Assembly (NCBI GenBank): GCA_030704615.1
Contig: CM060731.1
Location: 3,472,001-3,536,000, forward strand
Origin: Takakia lepidozioides
Taxonomy: Eukaryota; Plantae; Bryophyta
Length of the DNA stretch: 64,000 bases
Direction of reading: 5' to 3'
The position numbers and the translations under genes were made by a program. Under the pieces are notes generated by a model, which did no database searches, had not been told where the DNA came from, and saw only the letters and a list, made by a program, of their open reading frames with translations. Shown here one piece after another: positions 47,901-64,000 of this stretch (positions are counted from its first letter, which is position 1; each line of letters starts with the position of its first letter).

Positions 47901-50252
47901 CTCCTTCTCAGGTTCTTTCTTCATGGTCATTTTACCAGAATCAAGCAGGAACTGTATATAATTGATAATTGTTTCATTGTTCAAGAAAAGCTGAAGGATT
48001 GTGTATAGCTTATGGGTGTCTGTAATATAGCCATATCTAGGATTTTCTCTGCACGAGTGGGATACGGACAAGACATGGACTCTCTACATCTGTTGATATT
48101 TATTTCCAATGCCTCAAAGGGAGTAAAGAAACCCCGAGGTGTCAGGCTGGCTTCGGAAAGCCTCCATATTCCTCAGGTCCAAGGGAATCAGTAAGGGGGG
48201 TTTTGCATTTTCAATTTCAACTCATGAGAAGTTTTGCATCACATATAAGGAGCCGAGCTGATACACAGTGGTGGTACAATTCATCCAATGTCGTCTGGTG
48301 CTCAGTTGCCAGGCATTATGCATATTCTTGTGCAGAAGAGGAAGAAATGGAAGTTCAATCCCCAAATCTTAGAGCACAAACTCAGCTTGGGGAAACGCAT
48401 ACTCAGACAGGTAGAAGCATATTCAAGCCTCTGAGTTGCATGGACCATCACTGGATAAGCCAGCTACGCACAAAAATGTGCTACCACTTACAACCCTTTT
48501 TTGGCGTACAGTTGTTGGTTAACTACCAAGAACCTGGTATTGCATTAATGTCTAGTATTGTAACGGTACTCAACCAAAAACTCAAGCTACGTGAACATGT
48601 TGGAATCCCCACCCCCTGTGAGTCAGAATGTTGTAGCTGGCCCTAAGACCTTTCAAACTTTAGAAGAGAGGATTCTATGCCATATGTGTCTGGTGTCCAA
48701 GTCATATAGATAAACTGAAAGTGGGACTTCCCTACTTTGCAACTTACTAATGTAATATGTGATTAATGGTATATGATCAGATTATTCAAATAGCGGGTGT
48801 GCATATGGAAAGGCTGGCACTGGGCAGAACAAGATGCACCGTGGGAGCAGTATGGACAGTACTGACCATGCTGATGTCAATGTGGTGGCACCTCCCAAGC
48901 CCCCCAAAAGCAATGCTGCTGCTCAGGTCTGTTTATGTTTTCTTTCTGCTTTTTTCTTACTATGACTTGCCTTTCCCCATCCAATGTGGACCCTTGTGGA
49001 TCTGCAATGCAGTTATTGTACAGCCGTCCAGAAATGGGACCTGTGGGATTTTCTTCCTCCCTTTCCCTCCTGTGTTATTTCTGTTTGGCTGGACCTGTGG
49101 TCACAGTCTTTAATTGGCTGATGATGTTTTCGCACAAGAGTTTGTCCTTTGGTATTAAGATGTGTTGACATCTATGTTATTAGGCATGAGCATGAGGTAG
49201 TTTATGCTTATCCATAGACGATGGCTCATGTGGTGATTGTAACAATGGCAACTAAGTCCCTAATAACAACTGTTGGCTTTAATCTGGGATCTAAGGCAAT
49301 AAACAGTCACACCTTGGCATGTGGTTTTCAAGGTTAACCTTTCCCTTGTATATTTTGTTAATGTCTCATTATCTAACCCTGGGCTGATCACTTCGTAACT
49401 TTGGCCGTTAGGCCCTCCCCCTCGCCCTTAACCTCTAGTTTCCTGATGACGCAGAAGTACTGCGTGTCAGGAAAAAAACAAAGGGATCCAACGTGAGTTG
49501 GCTGACCGCAATATATAAAGATAACACAGTGCTGAACCAAGAGCTGATTGAAGTGCAGAGGGAGAGAACAGGGAAGCTAAAAATGACGGATTTGGCACAG
49601 CATTTTCATCTACCAATCAACGCTGCTGCCAAGGAACTTGGCATTTGCCCCACTGTACTTAAAAAGATTTGTCGTCGAAACGGCATGCGCCGATGGCCCC
49701 ATCGCAAGGTTGAATACCCTCAGTCTGATGAAAGCCTAACCATTAACTCATAACAACTCTCCTGCTCTAATCTATAACTGGTAACAGTGATGGTGCTCTT
49801 GTAAATTTGAGGCAGGCAGCTAGTCCCCGGGCATGTGACGGTTGGACATTGTTAAAGAGGCTTTGGATCTGATCATTGCCTACGGTAATATTTCCACTCA
49901 TGGTCAGCTCAGTGAAGGCTGTATTAGAGCCCGGAAGCCTACAGCAATTCCCAACCATCAGACCTGGACTAGGTCCAAGCTGGTCAACTAACATAGAGGA
50001 AGATTAGCAAAATACTGAAACTTTAACCATACCTAATCAGCCAGCTTTTTCATGCTGTGAAGAGAATAATAAAGAAGTAAGTGTGAGTGTGTTTGCGGCG
50101 GACAGATCAAAAGCATAGAGCGTATCATTGCAACCTTGGAGCAAACAATAGCAGAGGGTGCTGGGCAAGGGGATGAAGGCATTCGCATGGAGATTGCAAT
50201 GCTACGGAATGAGCGTGCACAGCTCTGTGCAGGTCTCTTGGGTGGGACGTGA
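44958..50252 (+). CDS. RKD: RWP-RK transcription factor, RKD subfamily, multi-exon
   Basis: CDSCQILRRIIHSNG / TKLEIHG RKD-type N-terminal motif. RWP-RK domain LAQHFHLPINAAAKELGICPTVLKKICRRNGMRRWPHRK|IKSIER. No PB1 domain seen, so not NLP. Stop at 50250-50252. Confidence 0.88.
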
Positions 50253-51974
50253 TCTTTGCTGCCAAGCTTCGATTACTTTCTGCTCTGTGCCCCCACCCTT
50301 TTCCAAACCAGCCCTGCTTTCTGCACAGAGGGGCATACATCCAATCATAGTAATTAAGCACTACTCTTTTACACATGGCTTGTGTACGCCAAGACTGCAG
50401 TGAGTCCCCAAACCCATTTTCTGTATGTAAGGGAGCCCTTGCACCCTGTACTCTCCTCGCCATTTGTACCACCCCATTATACCCCTGCAGCCTTTTGCCA
50501 TGCTACCTATTCACTGCAATTCCCCTGCAGCACCATGTCTCGTGAGTTTCTCTTCTGTGATCGTCATTCCAACGACATACAGAAACTTAACCTTATGATG
50601 CGCATTTGTTCACTTACCTGGCTACACAGCTGAGCCAGGGAGTTTGTAGATTCTTGTTTAAGTTTGTCACTTGTATTATAGTGTAGATTGCTTACACCCA
50701 GCTGTACTTGTAAATGTGGTTAATGAGGCTGGCAGTGCGGGGGGAGGGGGAAATGGGGAGTCCTCCCATCCAAATTCATCATGTGATCTTTTGTGGAACT
50801 ATTGTTTTCAATAATGTAATCATCACTCTTTGGTCGAATTCTACTGTGGGTACTCCACAAACATGCCATGCAGAGCAGTCTCCAGGTTCTCTATGCTGCT
50901 GGACGTGAGATGAATTGAAGATGAGGAATTCCTTTATGGTGTCTACTCACGTCAACACAAATTCAGCTAAATAACGCCTTGTTTTGTTGCAATGTAAAAC
51001 CTTATAGAAGATGCACATGAAGCCTTCCTTGCATGGTGGCAAGACAGCCTTCATTATCATGCTCATCATCATTCATCTTGTACATCAGATTCTCCCTGGA
51101 GACCCCAATGTAAACATTCCCTGTGTGATTGTTGGTTGTGACTATCCTGAGAGCAAATTCCCTGTGGGATCAACAGTTTTTTTCTAAGACTAAGTTCATA
51201 TGTCCATGCGTTGCATGCATCACCCCCAATCAGTGGTGAGTTTTGACATCCTTCAAGGGCCAATTCCCGTTCTAAGGGCAATCAAAATGTCAAGTTATTG
51301 GGTCACCTGCATAAATAAGGGTGCCAAGAAGACATGCCTTGAATATCTTAAAGAGAAGCTACAAAGAGCGGCTGATACTTGCAGCTCTCATTCAGTTTGA
51401 CTAAATGAACAAATAATGCTTGAATTATCACACCTAGACCTCAGAGAGGGGATCATATCCTGTGGATATACTTCAAGGCTTCAAGGTCTTACCCATGGAG
51501 GTGAATGATGTATACAGACAACATGTGAAAAAATTCATGTGGTGAAACAAGTTTGGACATTACTATTTTTTTTTTCCTCTTGTTTACTCAGCACTCAAGG
51601 ACTTATGTTGGGATACGCTGAGATACTCAACATTGACGCTTTACAAGATTCCTTGGGAAATGATGCAATTGACTGCACCTTTCATTGCTCTGCCAAAAAC
51701 TTTGAGATTGGCACAGAGGTCAACAAACAAACACCTACTCAATCAATCATATCTACCTTCGATTTGGACACGTCAACTGAGTTGCTTGTTGTAACTAAAC
51801 CTTTGGGAAGAAAGGGAAAAAATACATTACAGGATCTACAGTTACCAGATGAGACACCCTTCAGATCCCATCCTTTTGGGAAAAACAAATATGTCAAGCA
51901 TTTTTTGATTGATTGGATTAGACTGAAAGAGAGGGATGAAAAATAAAGTCAGAGGAACAAAGCAAAAGAATAGA

Positions 51975-54068
51975 TTATGGGGTAACAAGAAATTCTCCTG
52001 TAAATTCCATACAAGAATCATCAATTTGTAGTTGAGTAATTCTAAGTTCAGGTCCCACCTTGAACGTCTTACAAATGGAATCATCTTTCACCGAATCAAC
52101 CAAAAGACTCTCACCACCTTTCTCCACTTCGACTCGCAAAGTGATTGGAAAGTCACTTCCCTGACTATGTCGGTCGGGAGATGTGAAGTGAAAACTTCCA
52201 TCTTGCATGCGCACATTCAGTGTTGTTGGAGGTCTCTTGGGGAAAATCTCCTGAAGTGATGTGAATGCAAGTGGGCTGGCAAGACTGCCAACAGAGACTA
52301 TCAGTTTCAAGAATTGTTTAATGGGCTCGAGATGGTTTCTAGTAGCCAAGGAGTCAAATACCACAACATCTTGACCATAGTCACATTCAAATAGACCAAG
52401 TGGATTCGCTTTGAATCTAGATTCTCAACATCAAGTAGGGTAAGGGTTGAGTTGGAGAACCTGGCATTCAAGTCTTGCTCTTGCACTTGAATTGAGACAT
52501 TCACATAAAAGGGCTCCTGTAGTAGCCTGCGCCCATGCCCAACATTCTTCTTTACTGACACTGATTGCCCATTGTAAGAGATCTGAGATAGATGTTCTTT
52601 TATCTGACATAATATATCACCCCTTTGACCAACTCCCCAAAGGCTATGTAGTCCACCCCTTTCTCCACTCTCCAGTACTGCTCTATGACCAATAAAAATC
52701 CTGAAAGAAAGAGATGACCAATGTATCAATCCAGTGAGATATAAAGAAATCTCAGAATGTTCAGGCCAGAATAGTAACTTGAAGGACTGGAATCAACCTG
52801 CCCCGGCCGAGTTTGATCAGTACTTCAGTGGCCAACAGATCCACAGTTGTGAAGGAAATTCCCTGTGAGAAGCAAGAGCCAAGGCCACCAAACAAGGAGC
52901 TCTATGCGTGAGCACTGTCCCTACTAAACGAAACTAGGGGTCGATACTATGCTGGGTTTCTACTGTACTAATCAGGCCTGGCTTGACCATACAGGTGGCA
53001 GAGACTTGCAGTGAAGTGACTGAGAAAAATAAATGTGTAGTGTCCACTCTAGAGCAGAGACCCACCCCTCTATAGATTAATCAGAACTTTTGCTGCCCTT
53101 TGAAAGCAAAACTTCTCTCATCCTACGACAGCATGTTCATGGGCCTTATACTCTAGAAGATCATAATCTTGGTGTCAGAAGGCCTCCTAGGGTTGCTTCA
53201 ACAATAGTTATTCTGGAATTGAGGGGAAGAGAAGCAGTGAGAAAGATGCTCAGTCTACCTTGAAGACTGCTTTAGTTGCAGTAACTTGAACCTCTTTCAA
53301 TTTTCCTGCCAAGAGCTCTTGGTTGCTCCCTCCCACCATAACCTTCAGCTCCCTACAATCTTCAAGCTGCACACTGCAAAGTTCAGCTTTTCTTCCTTCC
53401 ACAGGGAGGCGGGGTGCACAACAGCACCTCAAAGTCACCTCGGATTGACATTCAACCGGCTCTCAGTCAGGGAAGGAGGAACCTCCCTCTCCAACATATG
53501 CCTGATGGATATATTCGTTTATCCTTCCAAAATGGCTGCACCATTCCGATTCGTGGTCACCCAGAGCCAGGCCAAGAAAAATGCTAGCACGGACTTGTAT
53601 GTACTAAGAGGTTGGCACTCAACCAGGAGGGGATATGTCCCACAGGACCCATGCCTGCAAGGCCATACATCCGTGGAACCCCCAACAATTACATATATGT
53701 GTATTCCTTCTCACCCTCGGTTTTATTCGAAACGAGTCACATGGGAAGAATCATAGCAGAACAGGCAAAATAAATTACCCGTACTCCAACTTATCCTGCT
53801 CTACCATCTAGAAATACATCCTACATTTTGTAGCAGGTGAATAGCATATGCCCACCTGAGACTTGAGGAAGCCACCAAGGGCTTTCTCAAGAAAAAAACC
53901 GACAAAGCTACGATTGCGCGAGAGACCTTGCGCTGGGGTGATTTTGCCTCGCCGCTCTGATTCTTGCGTCTGACAGACAATTGGAAACCACCTTCGGGCA
54001 CCACGTTCCTTGACACACTGTCCCCCATTTTTGCAGATTATTCGGGAATGCTTACCTCCAGCCAACAT
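51975..54068 (-). CDS. Probable DUF2993/LmeA-like plastid protein, multi-exon
   Basis: LEDCRELKVMVGGSNQELLAGKLKEVQVTATKAVFK|GISFTTVDL...LLQEPFYVNVSIQVQEQDLN resembles DUF2993. The N-terminus looks like a transit peptide. Boundaries approximate. Confidence 0.6.
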
Positions 54069-54156
54069 CCCACCAAAAGATCCTCCTGGATAAAATAAAA
54101 GCTGATGTCAGAACCTGGGCAAACACTCTCCGAGCTAAAGTGCTGGACGTTAAACC

Positions 54157-54193
54157 CTCTCTCTCTCTCTCTCTTCCTCTCTCTCTCTCTCTC
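54157..54193. repeat. (CT)n microsatellite
   Basis: Direct reading. Confidence 0.9.
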
Positions 54194-55801
54194 ATGCGGG
54201 CGCACTGTCATTGTCTTGAGAGGGCTTAGGTCCCACAGTAATATGGTTGTAGAGCACTTCGTCTGTGTTCCAAGGAAGTAACGAACTCATGAATACACAA
54301 TCTACTTCAGGCACACAGCCCTCCTAAACAAGAATGTGATACCTGAAATCAGTGTAAATTGAGGGGGCAATCTGAGCAATTGATACCGTTGTGGCATGGA
54401 GCTGTGCACAGCAGCTGTGCCCCCCATAGCTGCGTTGGAACTAGAGAGCGAGTTTAAGTGTGATATGGTAGCCATTACTGAGCGCTCACAATATTCATCG
54501 GCTGTGAGCAGGCGCGAAGAGGGAAGAGCTTCTACGGTGGTGAACGAGTTAGAATGAGAATGATCGTCCGATCTGTGAGGAGAGACTGATGAGAGTATGC
54601 TGAACGCCAACGCCCAACCTTGTTCTCAAAATATCTGTAGGCTTTGGATTCAAATCCTGACTAGCACTGATGCTGGAGGAAGAATGTTGAGCATCCAGAA
54701 ATGCTTTACTGGGACCACAGTCAGTTGGGAATCAATAGTTCACAATCTTGTCCTGAAGTCGGCAGAGCAATCTCTCATTTCTTCACTGCAGGACACTCTT
54801 GCTGAGAACGCATGGATCGAACTAATGCCACTCAACAACGTCTTTGTTCTTTCCTTTCATTTAGTCTGAGCATCAATGGTCGCCACAGTTCCAGTTACAT
54901 CAGCTCAATTGTGAACCCGGTTTTGGACACATGCACTCGGCACTTGAGAAGGCATTTGGCCGCACGTTCTGCTACCTCCACATGGCCATGAACTCTGAAC
55001 ATGCTTCAAAGACAATTTATTATAAGGACTTGGACTTTGTTAGTTGATGATTCTTCACCCATAAAGTGTGTGAGGAACCCTCCCAACAATTGCATCTTCC
55101 CCTTCACAGGTGCACCACCAAACTGTAGTTTTCATAATGAAGCAGCTATTACCTTGGCTGGAGGGTGCAGCCATAGCTCCCAAACATTCCAGCATATGTT
55201 GCGTGTCACCCGTGGAGAACCAGCCTCCCTGTCCGTGATCTTGGATGTGCGAAGAGGCGTGCAGAGAGGAATTACTGATATAATGATGCAAATGTCTCAA
55301 AATCTGGAGTGCAAACTAACACCTGGTGTATCTCTACCCTAGAATGAATCTGACGCAAGGGCTTTCCACCCACCAATGTGAAAGTGCATCCAACAACATT
55401 GAACAATTTCAAACTGACTCATTTCAATTGAGAACCACAGTTGGCATCGGGCAAAGGGGGTTAGTAATGCATCTCTGAAATGCATTAAAAGAATAGTGTA
55501 AGAATGTTCACTCCCACAGGACATTAAGACAGACATGTGCATAGAGTACATGGAACCTCTGAGTAGAACTACCCCTCGAGCCTTTGATTCCACAAAACAC
55601 AATATAGAACTTTATGGCGTCCTGCCACCATTCCAAGGTAATCCCACCCCATTTATAAACAATGATAGTTTACTCACCACGCCACATCAAGACTACATCC
55701 CTTCAAATCTACACCAAAATCCTCACCAAAATCCTCGTCCTGGTTTCAGAGATTACCACCCAATCCTCTTCTCAGATAGGGAGACCTCGCTGCTTGCAAA
55801 A

Positions 55802-63630
<7,829 letters not shown>

Positions 63631-64000
63631 GTGCCACTCCACCCCAAAAGATTCTAGAGAAATATCGGATGCATCGGATCATAAGCTGAGGACCATTTAT
63701 CATTCATAACAACAGTTCTCCCTACCTGACCTGAACCCTGTTTCAAATTGGTGCAGCTTACCTGCATGATGCACTCCTTCGTGCAAGTGTATGTTTAATC
63801 AGATCCAGTTTACTATGTTGTTCTATTGTGTCCCATAGGCCATCTGGGCCTCCATGGAAGTGACCGGTTCATTCTTTCTAACTCGTCACCAGAGCATCCC
63901 TCTAATTTCACAACAAGGCTATTACTTTGCCCTCCAATGAACAATAAGCATCAGAAACACTTTAGGCCAGCAGGGGAGCCAAAAGGTGTGGCTCATCTGT

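Overview
Eukaryotic nuclear DNA from a land plant, most likely non-seed (bryophyte-like, inferred from the intron-rich genes, a PLS-DYW PPR gene and an RKD-type RWP-RK gene). The first ~21 kb is a transposon-dense block. The remaining ~43 kb is mostly ordinary genes: RPL6, PPR-DYW, two orphan paralogs, a TBC Rab-GAP, RKD, a DUF2993-like gene and V-ATPase subunit A, which runs off the window. The main find is an 11.6-kb DNA transposon at 1514-13087. It is bounded by an exact 9-bp target-site duplication (TACCCAGAA) and sits inside a Ty3/Gypsy gag whose reading frame rejoins when the element is removed. It carries two divergently oriented genes. (i) On the minus strand is a Mutator-like (MULE) DDE transposase with a GCM/WRKY-like N-terminal domain and a C-terminal SWIM finger. 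(ii) On the plus strand is a ~9-exon gene fusing a ParB/Srx-fold domain (DGNHR motif) to a prokaryote-style beta-class N4C/N6A DNA methyltransferase-like domain with divergent motifs. The introns of this second gene hold an array of conserved CpG-containing palindromes (TGAATGTCGT-TG-ACGACATTCA x6, plus degenerate copies). This suggests, as a hypothesis only, a self-contained ParB/parS-like epigenetic or anti-silencing module carried by a transposon. Also notable are a Gypsy remnant with a dUTPase domain and an orphan gene bracketed by a 162-bp inverted repeat. All exon boundaries and domain calls were made by eye; no database search was run.
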